From Candidatus Portnoybacteria bacterium (lineage in GTDB: Bacteria; Patescibacteriota; Minisyncoccia; Portnoybacterales; GWB1-42-6): a stretch of DNA of 64,000 bases. The DNA lies in NCBI GenBank assembly GCA_016208745.1, contig JACQXN010000022.1, positions 19,212 to 83,211 on the forward strand. Direction: 5' to 3'. Every line of letters starts with the position of its first letter. Positions within the stretch are counted from its first letter, which is position 1. This document shows positions 16,923 through 27,196 of this stretch, piece after piece. The translations under genes and the position numbers were made by a program. The notes under the pieces were generated by a model. That model saw nothing but the letters and a program-made list of their open reading frames with translations, made no database searches and was not told the origin of the DNA.

Positions 16923-19151
16923 CTACCTTTTCCATTTCATAAGCTCCCCCCAATTATCCCCTGTCTCAATTTCAACAATCAAGGGGGCGGGTAACTGATA
17001 AATACTCTCCATAATATTTTTTATCCTTGGCGCCGATTCGTCAATATAATCTTTTCTCACCTCAAAGATCAATTCATCATGAGCCTGAAGAAGCATTTTA
17101 ATTTTATCGCTTTTTAGCCTAAACGCTGAGTCTATTTTTACCATTGCCATTTTGACTAAATCAGCCGCTGTGCCCTGAACCGGAAAATTAATCGCCGCCC
17201 GCTCAGCCGCTTGACGCAAATTCCAAGCCGAAGAGTTAACTTCAGGCAGGAATCGCTTACGGCCAAAAAGAGTTTGGGCAAAACCCTTGTCTGCCACCTG
17301 GCTCTTTATTGTCTCAATATAGCGAGCTACCCCTTTAAATTCATCAAAATATTTTTTAATAAAAATCTTTGCCTTAGCCGACTCAATGCCTGCGGCCTGC
17401 GCGAATCCATGAATACTCATACCGTAAATTACGCCAAAATTAAGCGCTTTGGCAGCTTGCCGCATTTTTGGAGTGACTTTTTCAAGTGGCGTCTCAAAAA
17501 CTTCAGCAGCAGTAGCCAAATGGATGTCTTGCCCGGCCTTTAAAATTCCGATCATTTTTTTATCCTGCGCTAGCGAAGCCACAACCCGCAGCTCAATTTG
17601 AGAATAATCAGCCGCCAGAAATAAAAATCCTTTTTCAGCCACAAAAGCCTTTCTTATTTCATTGCCAAGATCAGTCTTTATGGGAATGTTCTGTAAATTC
17701 GGGTTGCGCGAAGAAAGGCGGCCGGTAGCCGCGCCAAGCTGATCATATTGCGTGTGAATGCGGCTATCTTTTTCACTGATCAAAGAAGGTAAGGCATTAA
17801 TATATGTTGACTTAAGCTTGGCTAGCTCCCTGTATTCTAAAATTAAATCTATTATTTTATGGCTGCCTTTTAGCTTTAGAAGCTCTGGCGCGGCAGTAGA
17901 AATAACTCTGCCCGGAGTTTTTTTTAATCCCTTAGTGCCTAATTTTAGTTTTTCAAACAATATATCGCTTAACTGCTGGGGAGAATTAATATTAAAATCT
18001 GCGCCTGATAATTGGTGGATTTCTTTTTCCAAGTTAAGCAGGCGGCTATCAACTTTTTTACCAAGCATTTTTAATTTTCCAACATCAATTTTTATGCCGC
18101 TTTTTTCCATTTTCTCAATCACTGGCGCAACTTCTTTTTCTAATTCATAAATTTTATACGATAGAATACCTGCTTTATAAGCCTCGTCTATTTTTTGATA
18201 AACGCCGCGCGTCTCTTCGTTTTTAATCGCTTCTTCAATTTCTTCTGGCGAGCCGCCGCTTATTTCTGAAAGTCTGTTTATCAAGCTAAAAAATTCCAAT
18301 TCGCGAAAAAGCGCTTTTATTTTTTCCAAATCATATTTGCCAAATTTTGCGCCTTCTAATTTAAACTTTATCGGCACGTCTCTTTTTATTGTCGCTAGGT
18401 ATTTACTAAAAACCGCTTGGTCTTTATTCTCAATAAGTTTCTCGTAAAGTTTTGGATTTTGGATCTTGGGATTTTTTTCTAATTCCTCGTATAGCTCCTC
18501 GATTGTGTTAAATTTTTTTAATAATTCTGTTGCGGTCTTTTCTCCTATTCCCGGCACTCCTGGAATATTATCCGAAGGATCGCCTTTTAATCCCCTGTAA
18601 TCTGGCATCTGCTCTGGTTTTAAGCCGTATCGATCCAGAACCGCTTTTTCGTCGTATATCATTGTGTCTTTCACGCCTTTACGAAGAGTATAAACGCGCG
18701 TGCTCTCATTAATTAGCTGCAATGTATCCAAGTCGCCAGTCACAATAATATTTTTGGTTATTGTTTTTTGGTTATTGTTTTTTGTAGCTATCGTGCCAAT
18801 AATGTCGTCTGCTTCAAACCCCTCTTTTTCATAGACAGGAATACCAAAAGCACTGACCACTTCTTTAACTCGACCAATTTGCGCGTAAAGTTCATCTGGC
18901 GCCTTAACCCGCGTGGCCTTGTAATCCTCAAATTCTTTATGACGAAATGTCGGCCCCTGTAAATCAAAAGCTGCTGCCACATAATCTGGCTTTAGTTCTT
19001 TTAAAACTTTTAACAAAACCAAAATAAACCCATAAACCGCGTTCACCCGCTCGCCTTTTTTAGTGCTAAGATCGGGCAAAGCATGAAACGCGCGGTGAAT
19101 AAGGGCGTGGGAATCAATGAGGACCAAGGTTTTTTGATTTTTGTCGGACAT
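16923..19151 (-). CDS. polA: DNA polymerase I (5'-3' exonuclease plus polymerase domains; short form)
   Basis: N-terminal FEN/5'-nuclease motifs and C-terminal family A polymerase motifs (RRAAKALNFGVIYG, HDELIFE); 742 aa. Confidence 0.9.
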   Translation of the reverse strand: MSDKNQKTLVLIDSHALIHRAFHALPDLSTKKGERVNAVYGFILVLLKVLKELKPDYVAAAFDLQGPTFRHKEFEDYKATRVKAPDELYAQIGRVKEVVSAFGIPVYEKEGFEADDIIGTIATKNNNQKTITKNIIVTGDLDTLQLINESTRVYTLRKGVKDTMIYDEKAVLDRYGLKPEQMPDYRGLKGDPSDNIPGVPGIGEKTATELLKKFNTIEELYEELEKNPKIQNPKLYEKLIENKDQAVFSKYLATIKRDVPIKFKLEGAKFGKYDLEKIKALFRELEFFSLINRLSEISGGSPEEIEEAIKNEETRGVYQKIDEAYKAGILSYKIYELEKEVAPVIEKMEKSGIKIDVGKLKMLGKKVDSRLLNLEKEIHQLSGADFNINSPQQLSDILFEKLKLGTKGLKKTPGRVISTAAPELLKLKGSHKIIDLILEYRELAKLKSTYINALPSLISEKDSRIHTQYDQLGAATGRLSSRNPNLQNIPIKTDLGNEIRKAFVAEKGFLFLAADYSQIELRVVASLAQDKKMIGILKAGQDIHLATAAEVFETPLEKVTPKMRQAAKALNFGVIYGMSIHGFAQAAGIESAKAKIFIKKYFDEFKGVARYIETIKSQVADKGFAQTLFGRKRFLPEVNSSAWNLRQAAERAAINFPVQGTAADLVKMAMVKIDSAFRLKSDKIKMLLQAHDELIFEVRKDYIDESAPRIKNIMESIYQLPAPLIVEIETGDNWGELMKWKR

Positions 19152-19277
19152 ATTCTAAATTTCTAATTAATCTAATTCCTAATTGACCTAAATAATTTCC
19201 AATTACTAATTCCTAATTTCCAATAAAATGTCTAATGTCTAATTCCCGAATTTGGGCATTGGGATTTTTGTTAGAAA
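19152..19277. repeat. Low-complexity CTAATTCC-type intergenic palindromic repeat (family F)
   Basis: ctaattcctaatt units plus ttgggcattggg, the reverse complement of the block at 60428-60445. Confidence 0.5.
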
Positions 19278-19781
19278 TTAGAAATTCTTAAGAGATATTC
19301 TCCTCTCCTTATCTCCGACCCATTCAAATCTAACCCATGTTGCATCTTTTGATATAAGTTTTTTAATCTTCTCCGCCCATTCGATAATAATTATGTTTTT
19401 GGGGTTAGCGGCAATCTCATTAAATCCAAGCGCTGATAATTCTTTGGGACTTTGGATGCGATAGCAGTCAATATGATATAAATTCTCTATCGATACCCTT
19501 CGACTCGCCCCGCTGCGCGCGGCTCGCTCAGGGAATAATTTAGCGGCGTTTACAATAAATCGCTTCATTATAACAAATGTTGGACTCGTAATTTTCTCCT
19601 TGACGCCAAGCGCCTTGGCCAGCCCTTGCGTAAAAGTGGTCTTGCCAGCCCCAAGCTCGCCTTCCAAAGCCAAAATTTTGGCTTTTTTATTTGCCTTATC
19701 GGCAAATAATTCTTTTAGAACCTGACCAGCCAAACGCTTGGTCTGCGCTTCGTTTTTCGTCAAAAAAACCTGCTTTTTCAT
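19278..19781 (-). CDS. tsaE: tRNA threonylcarbamoyladenosine biosynthesis protein TsaE
   Basis: GELGAGKTTFTQGLAKALGV P-loop context characteristic of TsaE/YjeE. Confidence 0.8.
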   Translation of the reverse strand: MKKQVFLTKNEAQTKRLAGQVLKELFADKANKKAKILALEGELGAGKTTFTQGLAKALGVKEKITSPTFVIMKRFIVNAAKLFPERAARSGASRRVSIENLYHIDCYRIQSPKELSALGFNEIAANPKNIIIIEWAEKIKKLISKDATWVRFEWVGDKERRISLKNF

Positions 19782-19952
19782 AAGATTATAATATCACGCC
19801 ATAGCCCAAGAAAAAAGGCTGCCTAACAAAAATCTAAAGTTATCCACCCCTTCCTACCTTGACCTTACTGCCGCCCTGCGATAGATTATATTAATATCTT
19901 TCTTTGGCATTTTGGTTTTTCCTTCTTAATTTTTACCTCTCAATTTATTAGT

Positions 19953-21074
19953 ATGCTTTCCCCAAAACAACAGGCTTTTGATTTACTAAACAAAAGCCAA
20001 AACATTTTAATCGTCTTGCCAAAGAACCAGTCAGCCGATAATTTAGGCTCGGCTTTGGCATTGTTTATTCTATTGAACGGACTGAATAAAAAAGCGGAAA
20101 TAATAGCCCAAGAACCGATAGCCGAAAGGCTTTCTTTTTTTCCTGGTCTTGAGCAAATAAAAGAGGAGCCGGCTGCTTTGCGTGATTTTATTATCTCAAT
20201 AGATACCTCGCAAAAAAGCATCAAAAGATTGCGTTACGAAACCAAAGATTCTCTGCTAAAAATATTTCTAAGCAGCCCTGATAAGCTGGAAGAAAAAGAC
20301 GTGCGACTAGAGCCGGGCCCGTATAATTATGACGCAATTATAATTATTGGCGCCCAGGACATGGAATCCCTTGGGGAATTTTATGAAAAACACACCGAGC
20401 TTTTTTTTCAAAAGCCGATTTTAAATATTGATTATCGTTCGGGCAATGAGCTTTTTGGCGAAATTAATTTGGTTGAAATAACGGCTAGCTCAGCCGCCGA
20501 AATTCTAACCGAATTTATCCTCGCCTTTTTCCCTAATTCCATAAGCCAGCCCATTGCCACCTGTCTTTTGGCCGGTATCATAGATGAGACTCATAGCTTC
20601 CAAAACACCAACGCGACTCCTCAGACTTTTAATCTAGCTTCTTCGCTTGTAACCCATGGAGCGGAAAAAGAGAAAATTATTCAAGCGCTTTACAAAACAA
20701 AGCCGTTGAATTATCTCCGACTTTGGGGAAGGCTTCTTGGCCGGCTTAATTACGAACCTGATAAAAATCTGGCTTGGCTTGAGGCCAGCCCAGAAGATTT
20801 TCAAGAAACAGAAACGTCTAGCTCAGATCTTTATACTATTTCCGATGAAGTACGCAGCCTCCTGCCCCAGTTAAATGCCGCCATTATTCTTTGGCCCGAA
20901 GAGCAAGAGATGATTTCAGCTATAATTCAGTCTTCCAAAATTGATCTTTTGCAAAAAATAAACCTAGAACTTGGCGGGGCTTTAAAAAATAATCTTATTT
21001 TGGCAAAGGCTATAGGCCCTGATCTTTTAAGCGCCAAAGCCCGATTAGAGAACTTGATTAATTCTTTTTTATAG
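19953..21074 (+). CDS. DHH-family phosphoesterase-like protein (NrnA-like) with degenerate catalytic motifs
   Basis: DHH/DHHA1-like architecture, but DHH motif III reads DYR and motif I is KNQSADNLGS. Confidence 0.55.
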   Translation: MLSPKQQAFDLLNKSQNILIVLPKNQSADNLGSALALFILLNGLNKKAEIIAQEPIAERLSFFPGLEQIKEEPAALRDFIISIDTSQKSIKRLRYETKDSLLKIFLSSPDKLEEKDVRLEPGPYNYDAIIIIGAQDMESLGEFYEKHTELFFQKPILNIDYRSGNELFGEINLVEITASSAAEILTEFILAFFPNSISQPIATCLLAGIIDETHSFQNTNATPQTFNLASSLVTHGAEKEKIIQALYKTKPLNYLRLWGRLLGRLNYEPDKNLAWLEASPEDFQETETSSSDLYTISDEVRSLLPQLNAAIILWPEEQEMISAIIQSSKIDLLQKINLELGGALKNNLILAKAIGPDLLSAKARLENLINSFL

Positions 21075-21117
21075 CATAAGATAAAAATGAAGGCAGATAA
21101 ATTCTCTTATATTTAAT

Positions 21118-21140
21118 GCGAAAATAATCATATTTTCGCC
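21118..21140. repeat. Short hairpin sharing the family E stem sequence (partial E-like copy)
   Basis: GCGAAAATaatcatATTTTCGCC. Shares atgcg(g)aaataatcatatttt with the 5' arm of E1 at 23036. Confidence 0.4.
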
Positions 21141-21177
21141 GAGTAATCACGTATCTTGTATAACTTGTAATTTTGCT

Positions 21178-22839
21178 ATGGCCAACCTTAAAAAAACAGA
21201 GATAAATGAAAAGCTTAATATCCTGAAGCGCAAACAGGAAGAAGAAAGCGCCCAGCGTCTAGCAGGAAAGCATCACTTGTCTTACATGGATTTGCACATG
21301 TTTCCGATCAATTCGGAAATTATCTATACCCTAGCCGAACAGGAAGCCCGGCAAGGCGAATTAATTGTTTTAAAAAAAGAGCTGGACAAGATAATCGTAG
21401 GAGTTGTTGATCCTGAGAGCCCGTCGACAAAAGGAGTCACAGAAAAGTTATCTCAAAGATCAGGTCGGCAAATAACTATGGTTGTTATTTCCCCCTCGTC
21501 CTTTAAGAGGGCGTTGAAATTTTATCAAATCAAAACAACCGAGACCCCGCTGGTTGGCAAAATAGCCATTAACCAAAAATATCTTGATGAGTTTAACCAG
21601 CAAGCCAAAGAAATCAGTGAATTAGGAAATTTATTCGCTAAAATTTCCACCACCGAAATCTTAGACACTATTTTCGCCGGCGCTCTTAAAACTGAGGCCG
21701 GCGATATTCATATTGAGCCGGGAAAAACAACCAGGCTAAGATATAGAATTGACGGAGTCTTGCAGGACATAACTTCTTTTTCTGAAAATATTTACCAATT
21801 TCTATTAAATCGCGTTAAGCTCCTTTCTGGACTCAAAATTAATGTTCATGATATTGGCCAAGACGGCCGGTTTACTATTCAAATTTTCAATCAAAAAAGT
21901 CCTTTTGAAAAAGAAATAATAAAAGAAATTGAGACCAGGGTCTCTATCCTGCCCCAAGGCGGCAATGAAACAATAGTCATCCGCCTTTTGGGTGTTGGTT
22001 TCAAAGAATTGGCCTTGGAGTATATCGGCTTAAGAGAAAGTATTCTAGAAATTCTCAGAAAAGAAATCCAAAGGCCCAATGGCCTAGTCCTAAACACCGG
22101 GCCAACCGGATCGGGAAAAACCACTACTCTCTATGCTTTCTTAAGCTATCTTAATAATCCAAAAGTTAAGATTATAACCGTTGAAGACCCAATAGAATAT
22201 CGACTGCCAGGCATTGTCCAAACCCAGATTAGCGAAAACTATACTTTTGCTGAAGCCTTAAGATCTATTTTGAGGCAAAATCCTAACATAATTATGATTG
22301 GTGAAATCAGGGACGAAGAAACTGCTAAAATTGCCATTGAGTCGTCTGCGACCGGCCATTTGGTTTTTTCTACTCTTCATACCAATGACGCCGCCGGCAC
22401 AATTAATCGCTTGATTGACTTGGGCGCTAACATAAAAACCTTGCCCGATTCCTTGGCTTTAATTATTGCTCAAAGATTATTAAGAAGGCTGTGTCCGCAA
22501 TGCAAAGAAGAATACGAACCAGACAAAGAAACCGCGCAAAAAATAGAAAAAAACCTAGCGAATGCTTCTGTCGGGCCCGTAAAAAAGCTATACAAAAGCC
22601 ACGGCTGCAAAGCTTGTTTTGGCTTAAAATACAAGGGCCGGCTGCCTGTTTTTGAAATAATGACAATGAATGAAGAAATAAAAAATGCGATAAGCAATGG
22701 CGCGACTTCCTCGGAAATTAAAAAAGCCGTCAAGCAGACAGGTATGGTGTCTTTGCTGCAAGACGGACTATTAAGGGCCATAGAAGGCGAAACCAGCCTA
22801 GAAGAAGTAGAACGAGTCGCAGGCCGACTAGAGGAATAA
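21178..22839 (+). CDS. pilB: Type IV pilus / type II secretion assembly ATPase (PilB/GspE family)
   Basis: GPTGSGKTTTLY Walker A, Asp and His boxes, C-terminal tetracysteine (CPQC...CKAC); 553 aa. Confidence 0.85.
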   Translation: MANLKKTEINEKLNILKRKQEEESAQRLAGKHHLSYMDLHMFPINSEIIYTLAEQEARQGELIVLKKELDKIIVGVVDPESPSTKGVTEKLSQRSGRQITMVVISPSSFKRALKFYQIKTTETPLVGKIAINQKYLDEFNQQAKEISELGNLFAKISTTEILDTIFAGALKTEAGDIHIEPGKTTRLRYRIDGVLQDITSFSENIYQFLLNRVKLLSGLKINVHDIGQDGRFTIQIFNQKSPFEKEIIKEIETRVSILPQGGNETIVIRLLGVGFKELALEYIGLRESILEILRKEIQRPNGLVLNTGPTGSGKTTTLYAFLSYLNNPKVKIITVEDPIEYRLPGIVQTQISENYTFAEALRSILRQNPNIIMIGEIRDEETAKIAIESSATGHLVFSTLHTNDAAGTINRLIDLGANIKTLPDSLALIIAQRLLRRLCPQCKEEYEPDKETAQKIEKNLANASVGPVKKLYKSHGCKACFGLKYKGRLPVFEIMTMNEEIKNAISNGATSSEIKKAVKQTGMVSLLQDGLLRAIEGETSLEEVERVAGRLEE

Positions 22840-22840
22840 A

Positions 22841-23010
22841 AATAGCTCCTATTAATCTGCAGGCGATTTTCCTTCCCTTAGAGGGAAGAATTAAAAATTT
22901 CCCCGAGGAGTAACCCAGCCTGAGCCAGATTATCCGAAGAGCCTAAGGGAAATCCCAGCAAGACCCCCTGTTAATGTGAGTCTTGATCGCCTACAGGTTA
23001 ACGAGAGCTA
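22841..23010 (+). ncRNA. Candidate structured RNA / 3' UTR element (multi-stem), unclassified
   Basis: Closing helix ATAGCTC..CTGCAGGCGAT pairs with ATCGCCTACAG..GAGCTAT. Internal hairpins CTTCCCttagaGGGAAG and CAAGACcccctgttaatgtgaGTCTTG. No family match recognised. Confidence 0.3.
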
Positions 23011-23035
23011 TTTCTAAAAATATCCTTGTCTGGAT

Positions 23036-23139
23036 GCGGAAATAATCATATTTTTCTTCACGCCTTCATTTAGATTGGCGCTCGCGCCTCAAGTAGAACC
23101 CGTAGCCAACCCGATGAAGAAAAATATGATTATTTCCGC
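23036..23139. repeat. Family E element: 25 bp perfect stem enclosing a conserved GC-rich loop (TTGGCGCTCGCGCC)
   Basis: GCGGAAATAATCATATTTTTCTTCA ... TGAAGAAAAATATGATTATTTCCGC. Second copy at 30699-30805 with compensatory stem substitutions. Confidence 0.65.
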
Positions 23140-23201
23140 CGTGCTATTTTGTTATTTGGGAAGAATAAAGCATTGTATCATATATATCTAAACTTGTCAA
23201 G

Positions 23202-24215
23202 ATGAGACTCACAGATCCCCAATCAACAAACGAAGATCAGGGGCTAGACCAAACCCTAAGACCAAAAACCTTTAAGGAATATTTAGGGCAAGAAAAAACT
23301 AAGGAAAATCTAAGAATCCTTATTGGCGCGGCTAAAAAGCGCCAAGAGCCGGTTGAGCACATTCTTTTATCGGGTGCCTCGGGTTTGGGTAAGACAACAT
23401 TAGCCCATATTCTGGCCTATGAAATGGGAGTCGGCCTTAAAGTGACATCTGGCCCGGCTATTGAACGAGTAGGAGATTTGGGCTCTATTTTAACCAACCT
23501 TTCTGACGGCGATATTTTATTTATTGACGAAGCTCACCGCTTAAATAAATTAATAGAAGAAGTTTTTTATCCGGCCATGGAAGATTTTAAACTGGATATT
23601 GTTATCGGTAAAGGGCCCTCGGCCAGAACTCTTCAGCTTGACTTGCCTCGCTTCACTTTAGTAGCTGCCACTACCAGACCCGGCCTACTTTCCACTCCCC
23701 TGCGCTCCCGTTTTGGCGTCAGTTTCCGTCTGGATTTTTATCAAACTCCTGATATGGAAAAAATTATTGAGCGCTCCGCCAAAATACTACGTGTTGACAT
23801 TTTGCCAGAGGCGACTAAAATTATCGCTCAATGCTCGCGCTTTACTCCCCGGGTAGCTAACCGGCTGCTAAAAAGAGTTAGGGATTTTGCCCAAGTTAAA
23901 AATAGCGGACAAATTGATGAGCTGCTAGCCAAAGAAGCCCTGGCCATGCTTGAGATTGACGAATTGGGCCTTGAACCAATTGACAGACAAATTCTAAAAA
24001 TTATTATAGAAAAATTTGACGGCGGCCCGGTTGGCCTGCAAACCTTGGCCGCTGCCACCTGCGAAGAAGAAGACACGATCACCGATGTCTATGAACCCTA
24101 CCTTATGCAAATAGGATTTTTAATCCGCTCTCCTCGCGGCCGTATGGCCAGCCGTGAGGCCTACGCCCATCTAAATCAGAAACTGCCACAAGATTACCAG
24201 AAAAAATTGATTTAA
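23202..24215 (+). CDS. ruvB: Holliday junction branch migration helicase RuvB
   Basis: [17 protein letters not shown] Walker A, AAA+ motifs; 337 aa. Confidence 0.9.
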   Translation: MRLTDPQSTNEDQGLDQTLRPKTFKEYLGQEKTKENLRILIGAAKKRQEPVEHILLSGASGLGKTTLAHILAYEMGVGLKVTSGPAIERVGDLGSILTNLSDGDILFIDEAHRLNKLIEEVFYPAMEDFKLDIVIGKGPSARTLQLDLPRFTLVAATTRPGLLSTPLRSRFGVSFRLDFYQTPDMEKIIERSAKILRVDILPEATKIIAQCSRFTPRVANRLLKRVRDFAQVKNSGQIDELLAKEALAMLEIDELGLEPIDRQILKIIIEKFDGGPVGLQTLAAATCEEEDTITDVYEPYLMQIGFLIRSPRGRMASREAYAHLNQKLPQDYQKKLI

Positions 24216-24421
24216 TGTTTTTAACCGCCTTAATTCTGTTTAATTTCTTAATCACTGTTTTTGTGGTTTTTTCTTTGGCTATTTTATTCCATTTTCGCAA
24301 ATACCGCTGGCCTGGCGATTTAAACACCCTTTCGGCCGCTATTTATATTGTTGGCGCGATCTTTTTTGTCAGCCTGGCTTTTTATTTTTTTATCGCATGC
24401 CCCTGGGATATGCTGCCTTAA
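24215..24421 (+). CDS. Hypothetical small membrane protein (68 aa, 2 TM)
   Basis: Start overlaps the ruvB stop; hydrophobic helices. Confidence 0.4.
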   Translation: MFLTALILFNFLITVFVVFSLAILFHFRKYRWPGDLNTLSAAIYIVGAIFFVSLAFYFFIACPWDMLP

Positions 24422-24425
24422 ATTT

Positions 24426-24968
24426 ATGTTTTTTGAATTAAAACCAGACGAAAAAATTATTGCCACCTTACGCCGGCATTGGCTGGTTTTATCGCTAGTA
24501 ATTTTGCGAGTTTTACCGCTGCTATTTTTGCCTTTTATTCTCAAGCTTCTTTTATTATTTGTCGATCTGCCGTCTAACCCCTTGATTGACGAACTTTTTT
24601 GGCTCGCCTCATCTATTTGGTGGCTATTTGTCTGGACGGGGCTGGCAGTTATCTGGATTAATTACTATCTTGATTACTGGATTATTACCAACCAACGAAT
24701 TATCAGCACCTATCAAAAAGGTTTGTTTCGCCGCGAGGTTTCAGAGCTTTCTTTCACGCGAATTCAAGATATCACCGCCAATGTTGGAGGAATTATAAAA
24801 ACTTTTTTTAATTACGGGAGTCTGGAAGTCAGAACTGCCGGCACTTTTGAAACTGGCCAAGAAAGCAACGTCTTTGTCTTGGAAGACATTCCCCGGCCAT
24901 ATGAAATCCAAAACACTTTGTCAAAAATTCATCATGATTTTATCCGGGATTTCCACCATCGGTTATAA
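24426..24968 (+). CDS. Bacterial PH domain (bPH_2/DUF304, YdbT-like) membrane protein
   Basis: Two TM helices followed by a PH-like domain (YYLDYWIITNQRII...GSLEVRTAG). ATG at 24426 is in frame with the track ORF 24348. Confidence 0.6.
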   Translation: MFFELKPDEKIIATLRRHWLVLSLVILRVLPLLFLPFILKLLLLFVDLPSNPLIDELFWLASSIWWLFVWTGLAVIWINYYLDYWIITNQRIISTYQKGLFRREVSELSFTRIQDITANVGGIIKTFFNYGSLEVRTAGTFETGQESNVFVLEDIPRPYEIQNTLSKIHHDFIRDFHHRL

Positions 24969-26389
24969 ATCAAAAATTCTTTTAATCCGGGGGGCTTTTT
25001 TAATCGCTACCTTGGCGATTATTTTTATTTGGCCGCAAATAGCCCAATGCCAAGAAAACAACGTTGTTATCAATGAAATATTTTCCGATCCCTCCGGCGA
25101 AGACGCGGGCCTAGAATGGATTGAGCTTTATAATCCCTCCAGCTTTAGCAGCTCGTTCTTTTGTCGTAATATATTGGCGAGCACAAGGAAGCGATGACCA
25201 AAAAAATCTTTTTACTGGTGCGCAGGTAATAACCAATATGGGTAATAAATCTGGCTTTGTCGCGCTCTTTAAAAATAGCGAGCACAATAAAGATACTATT
25301 GTTGATTACTTGGAATATGGAGCGGCGACTAAAACATGGGAGTCAGTAGCCGAACAAGCTGGTATTTGGATAAAAGGACAGTTCGTTGAATCAACCACAG
25401 AAGGAAACTCGCTCGGATTAAAACAGGGCGGCCAAGACACAAATTCAACTAACGACTGGCAAATATTTCCTCTGCCAACCCCTAGTCAGCCAAATATTTA
25501 TCAAGCGCTGCCAGAGCCTGAACCCGTACCTCTGCCTCCCCCGCCTGCAGTTAATCAAGAAAGTCCTGTAGCCACCACAGAACCTCCGCCCACAACCCAA
25601 ACTGCGCCTACTATTAAAAATTATTCCGACAAAATCCAGCTTAATGAATTTATGCCTTGGCCAAAAGAAGGCAAAGAATGGGTAGAATTAATAAATCAGG
25701 GCCCAGAGACAATAGATATATCTGACTGGCAAATCGACGATATAGATGGCGGCAGCAGTCCGCAAAAAATTCCCAGCCAAACCTTAATCGACGCCAACCA
25801 AATTCTGATTATTGAATTTAATAAAAGCGTCCTTAATAACGACGGCGACGAGATTAGACTAATTGGGCAAGACGGAAAAATTTTGGATTCAGCTAGCTAC
25901 CAAAAAGCAAACGAAGGAATTTCTTTTGTCCGCTTTGAAAATAATCCTTGGCTCCAAACTTCTAGCCCAACACCGGGACAGAAAAATAAAAAAGCGGTCC
26001 CGCCGACAGAAACTCCGTTGGCGGAAAAATCACAAAATGCGGCGGCTGATCAAACGGAGCCAAATCAGGAATCATCGCAAATGGGCTTGTCTTTATCGCA
26101 AGAGGCCGCGAATTTAATGCCTGCAAACACAGGCATCCTGACAGCTCCAGCGGATAAAGTCGTCCAAAGCGAAAATGAGCAACCAAACATTAATAATACT
26201 CAAGTTCAATCTGGCCATCTCTTAGCAAGCCAAACCGCAAGCCAAAATTCTGCTTTAACCGAAAATAGCGCGCCTGAAAAATCCAAGGCAAAAACGCCCT
26301 TATTAATCGGGGTCGTTATTGTCTTGTCTTTCATATCGGCTATGGCCTTGGTATGTTTCAAAAGGAAAAATCCGGTTGACAGCGCCTAA
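24934..26389 (+). pseudogene. Lamin-tail-domain (LTD) surface protein, reading frame interrupted (+1 shift near 25140-25195)
   Basis: Frame 1 ORF (signal peptide, VVINEIFSDPSGEDAGLEWIELYNPS) ends at 25197. Frame 2 ORF from 25121 continues with the LTD consensus (FVVIYW...) and a second LTD (IQLNEFMPWPKEGKEWVELIN). C-terminal TM anchor. Confidence 0.5.
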
Positions 26390-26449
26390 AAAACAGACTA
26401 ATATTCATCCGTTGCCTTAATTTTTCATTTTCATTTTTTCATTTATTCT

Positions 26450-27196
26450 ATGTCCGGCCATTCAAAGTGGAGCCAAATTAAACACAAAAAAGCGCTAACT
26501 GATGCCAAGAAAAGCAAGGTTTTTAGCAAACTGGCGCGCTTGATTTCTGTTGCCGCGCGACAAAAAGGCGGCGACCAAAATACTAATCCTCAATTAAGAA
26601 TCATCGCTGAAAAAGCCCGGTCTTTGAATATGCCAAACGAAAATATTGAACGGGCAATAAAACGCGGCACCGGCGAAATAGAAGGTGGCAAAATTGAAGA
26701 AATAACGCTTGAAGCCTATGGACCAGAAGGCATCGCCCTTATCATTGAAGCGGTTACTGACAATAAAAACCGCACTATTTCTGAAATAAAATTCCTGCTT
26801 TCGCAACACGGCGGCAAAATGGCTGAGATAGGATCTGTTAATTGGCTTTTTGAAAAGAAGGGAGTAATTTATGTTGATTCAACTAACGAATCAAATAATC
26901 AAAAAGGCAAAGAGGAGCTGGAGTTGACGGCCATTGAAGCAGGCGCTCAAGATTTAAAATGGTCAGACGAAACAATGCTCGAAATTTATACTAGGCTAGA
27001 AGATTTTGAAAAAACCAAAGAGGAGATTGGATTAAAAAATATTAAAATAGAATCTAGCGCGCCAGAGTCTGTGCCAAAAAGCGAAATTAAAGTTGAGAAC
27101 GAAAAGAGCAAAGAGCAAATAAAAAAGTTGCTTGAGGCGCTTGATGAAAACGATGATGTCAACGAAATATATTCTAATTACAGAGAGCAAATATGA
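26450..27196 (+). CDS. yebC: YebC/PmpR family transcriptional regulator
   Basis: MSGHSKWSQIKHKK start, highly conserved in YebC; 248 aa. Confidence 0.85.
   Translation: MSGHSKWSQIKHKKALTDAKKSKVFSKLARLISVAARQKGGDQNTNPQLRIIAEKARSLNMPNENIERAIKRGTGEIEGGKIEEITLEAYGPEGIALIIEAVTDNKNRTISEIKFLLSQHGGKMAEIGSVNWLFEKKGVIYVDSTNESNNQKGKEELELTAIEAGAQDLKWSDETMLEIYTRLEDFEKTKEEIGLKNIKIESSAPESVPKSEIKVENEKSKEQIKKLLEALDENDDVNEIYSNYREQI

Noticed and set aside
24847-24968. Start of LTD frame-1 ORF at 24847
   Set aside because: It overlaps the bPH-domain gene by 120 nt. An internal ATG at 24934 gives a plausible signal peptide with less overlap.
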